A stretch of 64,000 nt of DNA from Octopus sinensis (lineage: Eukaryota), in NCBI RefSeq assembly GCF_006345805.1, contig NC_043009.1:41292001-41356000 (forward strand). Direction: 5' to 3'. Every line of letters starts with the position of its first letter. Positions within the stretch are counted from its first letter, which is position 1. Positions 39,700 to 51,420 of this stretch are shown here, in pieces. The notes under the pieces are model-generated. The model worked only from the letters and a program-made list of their open reading frames with translations. It searched no databases and was not told the origin of the DNA. The position numbers and the translations under genes are program-made.

Positions 39700-39990
39700 C
39701 ATTGTTCGACCGTGGTCGAGACAATGGAATTTACTATGTTATGCCAGACTTCACGGTCCATCATAGCATTACGGAGGTTCTGTTGCTGGATGCCTGTATC
39801 CCTGGAGATTACATCAGGTTAGGAGAGTGTGTGCCCTCTGGTATCGCGAGTAGATGGCTTCTAGAGGAGAAGAGTAGAAATTACCTCGTTTTCAGCTCTA
39901 CAACAATGTCCAGCAAACTGGACTCTTCTACCTTTCACAAGAGATGATACAAGTGGTAATTTCCCATATATTTGTACTTTGGTTGGATAA
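39700..39990 (-). mobile_element. RTE/RTEX-group LINE 3' fragment
   Basis: Minus-strand [24 protein letters not shown]...DVISRDTG...AMMDREVW, then a (GAT)n tail. Confidence 0.75.
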
Positions 39991-40389
39991 CACTTCTACG
40001 AGAGATTTTATATGTATATATATATATATATACATTCATATATATTTATATATACTCATATATATATACATACACACATACATATATATACACATGTATA
40101 TATGTGTATATACATGTATATATTTATATATATATATACATGTATATATTTATATATATATATACATACATACACACATACATATATATATATACACATG
40201 TATATATATATACATATATATATACACACATATATATATATACATACATATACACACATATATATATACATACACATGTATATATGTGTATATATATATG
40301 TATATATTTATATATACATGTATATATATATATACATGTATATATTTATACATGTATATATTTATACATGTATATATTTATACATGTAT

Positions 40390-40860
40390 CATCATCATCA
40401 TCATCATCATCATTTAGCGTCCGTTTTCCATGCTAGCATGGGTTGGACGGTTCTACTGGGGTCTGTGAAGCCAGAAGGCTTCATCAGGCCCAGTCAAATC
40501 TGGCAGTGTTTCTACGGCTGGATGCCCTTCCTAACGCCAACCACTCCGTGAGTGTAGTGGGTGCTTTTTACGTGCCACCCGCACTGGTGCCAGACAGAGC
40601 TGGCAATCGGCCACGAACGGATGGTGCTTTTTATGTGCCACCGGCACGAGGGCCAGGCGAGGCTGGCAACGGACACGAAACGGGGCGGTGCTGGCAACGG
40701 TCGCGAAACGGAAAGTTCTCTTACATGCCACCGGCACTGGTAACACATCTGCAATTTCCATTGATCGATTTCCATTGATCGATTTCGATTCTGATCCTCA
40801 CTTGCCTCAATGGGTCTTCACAAGCAGAGTTTCGACATGCCACCGGCACTGGTAGCACAT
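40390..40860 (-). mobile_element. RTE 3'UTR repeat copy, young and CpG-rich
   Basis: Same family. Further copies at about 17495-17760, 30030-30200, 30710-30990, 35460-35735 and 44420-44576. Confidence 0.85.
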
Positions 40861-41029
40861 CCGCAATTTCCATTGATCGATTTATATATATATATATATA
40901 TATGCATATATATATATACACATATATATACATACATTTTTTTTCTTTCATCTAGTTTCAGCTCACAAGCTGTGGCATCGCCATTTGGTGTTGCTCTATA
41001 ATTTTACTTCACGAATGTTTTTTAGGAAA

Positions 41030-41850
41030 TGACATTTGGTGCATGAGGGAGTTAGATGCCGCTGCCCTCATCTGCACCTCCTACCTTGAAGTTGGCTGAT
41101 CTGGGACACTTGACAGCAACAGGTCCATCTTTATTTTGAAGACACCTACATCCACCCCATGCAGGTCTCTTAGGTCATTTGGGAGGATACTGAAGAGCTA
41201 TGGTCCTCTGAAGCCCAGGCTCTTGCAGTATCTTATCCTATATCTTGATGGTAAATTTGGAGTCCTTGGCTCTATGCAGTGGCGTCCAGTTCTAGTATTT
41301 GTGTAACTCTCGATGCCAAAGTTTGGGACAAGTCCTCCCAGGATCTTCTAGATGTATATTATGGCATATCTTTCTCACCTACGCTCTAAGGAATAGAGTC
41401 TTAATCTCTTGAGTCTTTCTCAGTAGCTTATATGGTGCATAGAGGCTATCTTCTTTGGGTAGCTTTGTTGGATTGCCTCAAGTTCTGAGATTAATTTGAC
41501 ACTGGTTGGTGACCACAGCTAAGAGCAATAGTGAAAGTGGCTCAGGACAAGTGTCCTCCAGAGGACCATCATGGTTTCCTGATCTCTTGTTCAAAAAGTT
41601 CTAAGAATCCATCTGGTCAGCTGCCTGCATTTCATTGCCGATTTAGCAACATGTACATGGAAGGATGCATCATTACTCATGTAAATGCCCAGGTCTCACA
41701 CTGACTGTGCCTCTGGGATTGCAATCCCTCCAGGTCCAGTGTAGTTAATGGGTATTGCATACTGATAGCACAAGTCTTGTAACTTTTCAGTATTAAACTG
41801 CATGCTATTCTTTTCAGGCCACTTGTATATTTCATCCAGCTCACATTGCA
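41030..41850 (-). mobile_element. CR1/L2-group LINE, 3' part (interrupted by mariner)
   Basis: Minus-strand remnants QCELDEIYKWPEKNSMQFN and a C-terminal MDLLLSSVPDQP-type motif; continues to the right of the mariner. Confidence 0.8.
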
Positions 41851-43063
41851 TTGGATTGTCCGGAAAGTTCGTGCCGATTTTTAAAGGAAAGAAAAAGGTT
41901 AATAAATACTTGCCATTACATTTTTAATCAACCAAATATGAACTATTTTGTTGCACAATGCATCTCCATCTTTCCTTTAACTTAAAAATACCCATACCCT
42001 CTTCCCAGAATTGAGGTGGTTTCATGGTAAAGAATTCATCAAGGTATCTTTTTATGTCATCCAAAGAATTGAAATTTTTACCATTAAGACTATTCTGCAG
42101 AGACCCGAATAAGTAGAAATCCGAAGGAGCAATATTTGGTGAATATGGAGGGTGGGGTAACACATCCCAGCCAAGCTGCAGCAATTTTTATCTGATTCCC
42201 ATAGAAATGCGCAGTCGCATTATCATATTGGAAAACAACACCCTTCCTGTTGGCCAATTCTGGATGTTTCGCTTGAATTGCTGCTTTTAACTTGTTCAGT
42301 TGTGTGCAGTATTTCTCAGAATTGTCTGGTTACTTGGGAGAAGCTCATAGTACAGAATTCCTTTCAAATCCCACCAGACACAAAGCAAGACTTTTTTAGG
42401 GTGAAGACCCACTTTTGGGGTGGCTACTCCAGGATCACTTTCTCTGAACATTTCAGTAGATAATCCATTTCTCATCACCTGTCGCAATTTGCTTTTAAAA
42501 AGGCACATTTTCATTCCGTTTATAAAGAGAATCTCAGATGGAAATGCGATCCAAAAAGTTCTTCTCACTCAACTCATGTGGTACCCAAGCTTTACCAGGT
42601 GCTCATGAATGACGGATTTTGATAGGTTGAGGCTTTTTGCCAATTCTCGGGTTGTGCAATGTGGGTTATTCTCAATTAATGACTTCATTTGGTCATCATC
42701 TGTAGTGGATGGTCTGCCTGATCGCTCTTTATCAATAAGGCTACAATCTCCAGCTCGGAACCTTGCAAACCACTTCTGTACAGTTCTTTCGGATAAAGAA
42801 ATGTCACCGTAAACTGCGCATATTTCTTTGGTTGCTTGTGAAGCATTATTTACCTTTATGGAAAAAGAAAAGCATCAAGTGCCGAAAGGGTTACAGAATT
42901 AACACAGGTTAGAGGAACATAAACCTTCTTCCACGGAAAGATAGCTTAAACTGTGCTCTAAATGGAGCTCTTGTCAAATCCTATTTTTTGGACTCAACCA
43001 TGTTCTAAAATAAGTCGAATGGTAAGCTGCTATAAATTGGCATGAACTTTCCGGACAACCCAA
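41851..43063 (-). mobile_element. Near full-length degenerate mariner transposon
   Basis: TIRs of about 33 bp (ttggattgtccggaaagttcgtgcc / ggcatgaactttccggacaacccaa). Minus-strand fragments KKVLLCVWWDLKGILYYELL and LGWDVLPHPPYSPNIAPSDFYLF; frameshifts and stops present. Confidence 0.95.
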
Positions 43064-43375
43064 TATATTTCATCCAGTTCACATTGCAGGTGCATAGTGT
43101 CTTCAGGGTTCTGTATTACCTGTGAGACTTTTGTATCATCTGCATAACTTGTGACTGTGGCTCTGTGTGGCTGAGGGTATGTCTAAGAGGACCATTATGA
43201 ACAGTAGTGGTCCCAAAACAGTACCTTGCGGAACACCGCTCACTATTTGTGTCATTGGAGGTGGCCCCATTGGCTACTACCACCCAACTTCTATCCTTCA
43301 GAAAGTCATGAAGCCATTCTCCCAATTTACCAACTATGCCAAGATCATGCTGTTTGTGACGTATCATTCCATGAT
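43064..43375 (-). mobile_element. CR1/L2-group LINE RT core (continuation)
   Basis: Minus-strand GKLGEWLHDFLKDRSWVVVANG, a frameshifted GVPQGTVLGPLLF-type motif and YADDTK. Confidence 0.85.
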
Positions 43376-44886
43376 CGATTATATTTATATAAATAAAAAG
43401 ATATGTATATATTTATATAAATAAATGAATATATATATATTTTTATAAAGAAACAGATATATATATTTTTAGAAAGAAAGAAATATATATATAGATAAAT
43501 ATAAATATAAATAAATATCTAGATAAATATAAATATTTATATAAATAAATATCTATCTATATATTTATATAAATAAATAAATGTTTTCTATCTGTCTTTC
43601 TCTCTCTCCCTTTTTCACCTGTTCTCTCTCTCTTCCCTCTTTCTCTTGTTCTCTCTCTCGATCACACATGACCATCACCCATCTTTCTTTTCCTCACATT
43701 ATTATCTTACTTTTCTTTCAGGACTGTACGCATCCTATCTCTCTCTTCTATCGTTTCTCTTGTCCAAGAAAATATTTCTCCAGCGTTCACTATTTCACCT
43801 TCATTCTAACGACTCTCCATGTTTGTTTATGTTCAGTTTCCTTGTATATCACCACTGTCCTGTTTTTCTTCCCAACTTTGACCATCCATAAATCCCAAAT
43901 TTTATTTTGGTTCTTATGGATGCAACTGTCTTCGAAGACTCATACTGTCATTCAATGCTTGAAATGAGGAGTAGATAGACAGCCAACAACTGATGAAGGG
44001 TCGTTCTTTATGTTATTTGTCCTGTTTCGTAATTGTTTCTCTCGTTTGCATATCAAACTCATTTGTTTTCATATTTCATGTTGTTTACTGTTGGTAACGT
44101 CATGTATCCATATATGCATGTGTGTGTGTATATATATATATATACACACACATTTATATTACATTTATATATGTATATGCACATATACATACATATATAT
44201 ATAAACATTTACATACACATACATATATATATACACACATATACATACACATACATATATATATACACACATATACATACTCATACATATATATATACAC
44301 ACATATACATACACATACATATATATATACACACATATACATACTCATACATATATATATACACACATATACATACACATACATATATATATACACACAT
44401 ATACATACTCATATATATATATCATCATCATCATCATCGTCGTTTAGCGTCCGTTTTCCATGCTAGCATGGGTTGGACGGTTCTACTGGGGTCTGTGAAG
44501 CCAGAAGGCTTCATCAGGCCCAGTCAAATCTGGCAGTGTTTCTACGGCTGGATACCCTTCCTAACGCCAACCACTCATGCATATACATATATACATACAC
44601 ACGTACATATACATACACATATATATATATACATACAAGTATATATGTGTGTGTGTATATATATATGTATACATACATGTATATACTGATATATGCATAA
44701 ATAAATATATATATATATATATTACTCCGTTATTTTCCTTCTCTATCCATCTGTTTTCCTCTTAATCCTTTCTGTGAAAGAGCGTAGGCTAGAAACATAA
44801 AAGACTTTTCTATTTTTCCCGAGCGTTAAACTAATACACCCGCTTGTTGTTCATACACCTGTCATCTTTTGTTTTCTGCAAACTTG

Positions 44887-44953
<67 letters not shown>

Positions 44954-45030
44954 CATCATCATCGTCGTTGTTGTTTAATGTCCACATCCCATGCTGGCAT
45001 GGGTGGGATGGTTTGATAATATTTATATAT

Positions 45031-47609
45031 TACAGAGAGATAACATGGTGACATTGTAGTAGGATGGTGGAGGAATGAATAGGTGAAAGTAAGAAAGTGA
45101 TACTTTTGAAGTTAGAAATTAGCAACGGGTGGGGGAAACCAAAAGCTAAGAATGAAAGACAACAGAATTGAGCAATGAAGAAAAAAATGATGGAAAATAT
45201 AGAAACGACAAAATGTAAAATCAAAAAATGAAAAGATGACAAGAAGCTGAGGTAGTGTGAAAGCCTTTAATACATAACAGTGAACAGTCAGGAGTTTTCC
45301 ATGCACAACTCCCTAAAGGAGAAAAACCATACATTCCTGGCCTCTGACAAAGAGGGAGTATTCTGTGTGATCAACAGACTCTGACATCGATTCAGTGATG
45401 TTCCACCTTTGCCAGGGCAATATCTACACCCTATGTGAGCACACAACTGCGAATTGGGTTGAGAACCAATGCAATGACCTATGGAAGGACACATCCGGAA
45501 GCATGAATCTCAACAGGCACACATACTGAAGCTTCCTAGCACACAACTCCTCCACACCACAGTTCTAATACCTAATAAAACCACAGAAAGAAACCAAGGA
45601 CCTGAGGCAACTCAAAGTACACCCAAACACCACCAGCACAAAATCCCCACTATGGAAGATGGAATGGCTTGTAGCATGGCTTCTCCAGCCACTGCTGGTG
45701 CACATACCAGCACACCTTGAGAGCAGCTGGCATCTCATCGAGCTACTACATAAGCTCCCACCCAAGACCATCTCAGACAACAACTACGCCTTCAGCCTGG
45801 ACGTACGGTCTATGTCATTGGTTGAAGCCATACTAATAATCCAAGAGCAACTAGAGCAACGCCAGAAGCTGGTCACAGACTTCCCACCAGCAGGCCTCAA
45901 ATCCATCCTGGATTTTTACACTGCCAACACATACTTCCAGTACAAAAACACCACCTAATCAACAGCTTCCCAATGGGATCTAGACTCAGTGGCATCCTGG
46001 CCACCCTTAACCTGGACAAACTGGAGTGCCAAGCACTCCCCATAGGATGACACATCACCTATACCAAAGGTATGTTGATGATATCTTCATCTTAACCAAA
46101 TCCAGCGATGAGATGATCAGGATCCATAACATCTTTAACAGTCTCCACCACAACATCCAATTTGATGTTGAACATTCAGTTGCAAATAGCTCACTGATCC
46201 TCTTGGACTTCAATGTATCCTTCACACCGGGACATGCCACAATCCGCTTCTTTGAGAAAGAGGTGAAGAAAGATATCTTCCTCCATTCAGATTCAGCATA
46301 TCCATAGAAGTTGAAACTCAATGTAGCCCTTAATGAGTTCAACTGCTGTATAAACAGATGCAATGAGGCTGATGTAACGATGGATTTCATCAGGATGCTG
46401 TACAGTAAAGGATACAAACTGAGGTTCATAGAGAAAGTGTGAAGCACCCTGAGCACATGAGTACAATGAGCACCAAGACACCATCGCAAGATCATCACCA
46501 CCAACAGCAACGAACCAATGATGTTAATAACAACAAAGGATATAATTTCAACTTCAACAAAGATGAAAGGAAAGTGGAAAGTAGACAAAGTGAAAAGGAA
46601 AGCAAGGAGCAGACATGTTAAATGGACATGTGTCAGCTTTCCATGCAATGCAGAATGGATTGAAAACAAACCAAGGAACAATGTCAGAAAGTTAGGCCTC
46701 ACTGTCAGAATCACGAGGCAAGGCCACACCCTCAGACACTATCCGACTAAATGACGGCTTCATGTCAAGGTGAGAGAACATCTTCACAAGGCCACAACAC
46801 CCAGTGCCATATTCCAATACCACCAACACTGCGATGCGGAGGGGAAAGGATGCGGTCAACCTTCAAATAAAGGAGGCACATTTCAAGAGGAAGGCGCCCA
46901 GGCTCAATCGCTGGAATGAACTCAACAACTGGAAGCTCATTTACTATCTCCATAACTGATAACCAACACCAACTCCAGCAGTAATAACTATGGAAAGTCT
47001 AATGAAGGTTTATAGATCCAAATGTGCTTACTAAACTCATTAACCCAAGAACTAGCAACAAGGCTATTTATAGACAATATGCCACCAGTAGGTCCCCTCT
47101 ATGTATCTATCTGTCAATTTATCTATCTATTTATTTATCTACCTATGTACCTCTCAAAAAAACTATTAGACCTTTTAAATTTTTTAACTTTTGAAAATAT
47201 GAGCCTATCCATCTACTTCCCAAAAAAACCGTTAGACCTTTTGAACTTTTGAAAATTTGAAGAAAAAATAATTTCTGTGATTTTCAAATGATGATTTCCA
47301 AGGTTCCTCACTCTTCATGTAATATATTAAAACCTTTCACATTACCTCAGTTTCTCATCATCTTTGCATTTTTTGATTTAAAAACTTTTCATTTGTCATT
47401 TTTCTACATTTTCAACCGTTTTATTCTTCATTGTTCAATTCCGTTGTTTTTCATTTTTAGGTTTTGGTTTCCCCATCATTAATTGCTAACTTCTCAAGTA
47501 TCACCTTCTTCCTTCTACCTGTTCATTCCTCCTATGTTAGCTCTACTTCACTTAGCATAACTACTCCTCTCATCATCCTATTACTGCATTATCCTGTTAT
47601 CTCTCTGTA
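45031..47609 (+). mobile_element. Penelope-like retroelement (degenerate RT plus partial GIY-YIG region) bounded by inverted repeats of about 270 bp
   Basis: WLVAWLLQPLLVHIPAHL; FSLDVRSM...NTYFQYKN; YQRYVDDIFIL...FNSLHHNIQF...LILLDFNV...FLHSDSAYP; RLHVKVREHL...SAIFQ and EAHFKRKAPRLNR. Multiple stops. Confidence 0.88.
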
Positions 47610-47753
47610 CAAGACCACAACTACGTTGCCTGAGATACAACCAATACCTTATACATACATATATATACATTTGTATTCAAATGAACATGGAACTTAAGTT
47701 GAGGCACTAGAATTTAGTATGGTATTATCCATACAATTCCAAAGTAAGGTGAT

Positions 47754-48052
47754 TAAAATCAAAATAAGCAACAAGGATATCCAGAGGTAATACAGTACGA
47801 TCGTTTCATGCAACTCCATTTAATTGAACTATGCAATCATTACATTAATTTAAAATGCAGAGCAATCCTCAGCTGCACAAAGACATAGAATTTAGTGTCC
47901 ATCTGTTCTAATTTAATTAAATTCTATGTCTATGTGCAGCTGAGGATTGCTCTGCATTTTAAAATGATGTAATGATTGCATTGTTCAACTAAATGGAATT
48001 GCATGAAACGATCATACTGCATTACTTCTGGATATCCTTGTTGCTTATTTTG

Positions 48053-48060
<8 letters not shown>
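47754..48060. repeat. Long fold-back inverted repeat (arms about 140 bp, loop about 25 bp), MITE-like
   Basis: The arms are clearly reverse complements with scattered mismatches. Confidence 0.92.
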
Positions 48061-48094
<34 letters not shown>

Positions 48095-48567
48095 TTCAGA
48101 TAGACAGACATAGATACACACACACATACAGTAATATATTATATGGGTATATGTATAATTTATAGATAGTATATGAAGGGTGTGAAGACTACTTTTAAGA
48201 AATAATGAGTCAATAGATAGTACAAGTGTGTACATGCATATATCAAGGATTAAATAATTTACAGTTGTACAAATGATTAAATATAATAGCAGAAATGCAT
48301 AGCAACAGTATTGCAGTTATATATTCCTAAATAAATGTGTCTATACATGTATGTTTGAAGGTCTGTTTATATACACGGGGTTGGCCAAAAGTCACCCAAC
48401 AGTATATCAAAATTCCATGCTATCTGTAAATCCTGTATTGACTTGAATGGAAAAATGTGTCACTCAAGGACTTTAGATTGAACAATTTTCATGATGTTTC
48501 ATATTTAGATGCTTTTATTAAATTCATTCAGCTGTAAAACATAAATTTTGGAATTAAAAAGAGTATA

Positions 48568-48906
48568 TTTACTCTTTTATTTCAGTCATTTGCCTGCGGC
48601 CTTACTGGAGCATCACCTTTAGTCGAGCAAATTGACCCCGGGACTTATTCTTTGTAAGCCTAGTACTTATTCTAATGGTCTCTTTTGCCGAACTGCTAAG
48701 TTATGGGGACAAACACAGACACACACACATACATATATATATATACAACAGGCTTCTTTCAGTTTCCGGCTACCAAATCCACTCACAAGGCTTTGGTCAG
48801 CCAGATGCTATAGTAAAAGATACAAGCCCAAGGTGCCACGCAGTGGGAATGAACCCGGAACCATGTGGTTGTAAGCAAGCTACTTACCACACAGCCACTC
48901 CTGCGC
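48568..48906 (-). mobile_element. SINE family A copy
   Basis: Reverse complement of family A. Other copies at about 7655-8050, 11730-11925, 12430-12745, 17790-17955, 20460-20630, 30430-30680, 33900-34065 and 49050-49300. Confidence 0.88.
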
Positions 48907-48916
48907 GTATACATAT

Positions 48917-49039
48917 ATATAAAAAGAAAATGGAGATTGGGGAGTTAATTGATTATTAACAGAAAATTAGTTACGATAATTAATTTGCTGTTAATAATAA
49001 ACAATTAACTTCCTAATCTCCATTTTCGTTTTTTTATAT
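48917..49039. repeat. Short fold-back inverted repeat (arms about 55 bp)
   Basis: aaaatggagattggggagttaattg...caattaacttcctaatctccatttt. Confidence 0.8.
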
Positions 49040-49404
49040 GAATATAAACTATGTTTTTATATATATTCTTTTACTTGTTTCAGTAATTTGACTGAGGCCA
49101 TGCTAGAGCACCGCCTTTAGTCAAACAAACCGACCCCAGGACTTATTCTTTCTAAGCCTAGTACTTATTCTATCTGTCTCTTACTGAACCGCTAAGCCAT
49201 GGGGATGTAAACACACCAACATCAGGCTATAGTAGAAGACACTTGGCCAAGGTACCATGCAGTGGGACTGAACCCAGAATCCTCTGGTTGGTAAGCAAAG
49301 CCCCTATTATTTTAAGGAAATCATTCCTAAAAAATTCTAGGTATTGAACCAGTATTTTCTTGGATGAAACCATCCCTTCATGAGGTAAATACAACCTCTA
49401 ATCG

Positions 49405-49805
49405 AAAGTGTGGTAAGTAGCTTGCTTACCAACAACATGGTTCCGGGTTCAGTCCCACTGCGTGGCACCTTGGGCAAGTGTCTTCTACTATAGCCTCGAG
49501 CCGACCAAAGCCTTGTGAGTGGATTTGGTAGACGGAAACTGAAAGCAGCCCGTCGTATATATGTATATATATATGTGTGTGTGTGTGTGTATGTTTGTGT
49601 GTCTGTGTTTGTCCCCCTACCATTGCTTGACAATCAATGCTGGTGTGTTTATGTCCCCGTTACATAGCGGTTCGGCAAAAGAGACCGATAGAATAAGTAC
49701 TGGGCTTACAAAAGAATAAGTCCCGGGGTCGAGTTGCTCGATTAAAGGCGGTGCTCCAGCATAGCCACAGTCAAATGACTGAAACAAGTAAAAGAGAGTA
49801 AAGAG
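49405..49805 (+). mobile_element. SINE family A copy
   Basis: Near-identical to 63010-63430. Confidence 0.88.
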
Positions 49806-51038
49806 TATATATATATATATATAAATAAAGAGAGAGATGTACGTGTGTATATATTTGCATGTGTACTATAGCTGTGTCTGTGTACTTTTCATGGAAAATG
49901 ATGTCGCTTCAGAAAACATTAACTTAGCAATTTGACAATTATGGACTGCTAAAATAGCACCCAACTGGAATGCATAATGTAGTTGAATGTGATTGACTAA
50001 TGCGAATAGTGCTACCGCAACATGGTCACACCCAGAAAATTGAAACCAGTGAAAGAATGTGTATATGCGGTGAGGTGACTGTGTGATAGGAGGCTTGTTT
50101 TCCAACCACACTGTTCCGGGTTCAGTCTTGCTAGTTGCATGGCAACTTGGGCAAATGTCTTCTACCATAGCCTCAAGCCAACTAAATGCCTTGTAAGAGG
50201 ATTTGGAAGATGGCAACTGAAAGGAGTCGGTCATATATATTTATATATATACTTTATTTAAAAGCAGCAGAAATTCAACAAAACCTGTTCCTATTCGTCG
50301 GACAGTTTTGTTAACAACAGTTTAAATAAAGCATATTACTCTACCCCTGGTATTTGAGTACTCTTTTTTTCCACCTTGTTTCACATTTATGTGTTTACTC
50401 TGGTATATATATATATATATAATATATTATATATAATATATATAAAATATATATATATATATATATAATATATATTATATATAAAATATATATATATTAT
50501 ATATAATATATATATATAAATTATATTATATATATATATAAAATATATAAAAAAAAGTGACTTTACTGAGAGTTCTAATCAGTTTAGTTCATTATTTTTT
50601 AGTAGTATTAATTTTACCCTTTAGTTCATTGATCTACTGGATCTACAAACTAAAATGAAAAATTTATATTACTAAAAATCTTTTTTAAATAATTAAATTG
50701 TTTTACCAGTGAAGTCATTAATTTTCGTTTTTCAAATATACCAAAGTGTACCAAGGATCTCACACATTTTCCAATATACATATCTGTGTGTGTGTGGTGT
50801 GTTTGTGTATGTAGGTGGATGTGTCCCACCACCGGTTGACGACCGGTACTGTGTTTACGTTCCTAAAATATAGCGGTTCGGCAAAACTGACCGATACAAT
50901 AAGTTACCAGGCTTCAAAATCAATAATTAATAAATAAATAACAAAATAAGTATCGAGATTGATTCGTTCGACTAAATGTTTTCAAGGCAGTGCGGTTGGC
51001 CCTCTAGCCGATAACTGATGAGGATAAGGTGACCTTAC

Positions 51039-51420
51039 CTGTCTGTTTTTTTGTTTGTTTGTGCATTTAGGCATTCTTTCGATATTACTCGACAAAATCA
51101 AAACACTTCACTTCGGGTATTTCCGTGGAAGCAAAGACAGTTCGATTCTGGTTTCTGCTTGGAAATTTGCGGATTTTACATACACACATGAAACAGATAA
51201 TAATAAATATACAAGGCTTTTTTTTCTTCTAATTTAAAATGAGACAGTGCTAGCATAATTTCGTTATATCTATACTCCACAACCCACGGAAATAACCGAA
51301 GTGAAATGTCTCGACCTTCTCGAGCTATATCGAAGAAATGCCTGCATTTATTATGCATTTTATTTAACTTCTTATATAAAAATACACACACGTGCGTGTT
51401 TGTTTTATTATTACAAATTA
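51039..51420 (-). promoter_or_regulatory. Probable promoter / first exon of a minus-strand transcript
   Basis: Strong donor CAG|gtaagg at 51038 on the - strand, in unique, repeat-free, CpG-containing sequence at the edge of the CpG-depleted block. Upstream boundary is not determinable. A possible ATG at 51074 gives MPKCTNKQKNRQ before the donor. Confidence 0.5.

Noticed and set aside
46055-46729. 224-aa hydrophobic minus-strand ORF
   Set aside because: Antisense frame of the Penelope-like RT remnant.
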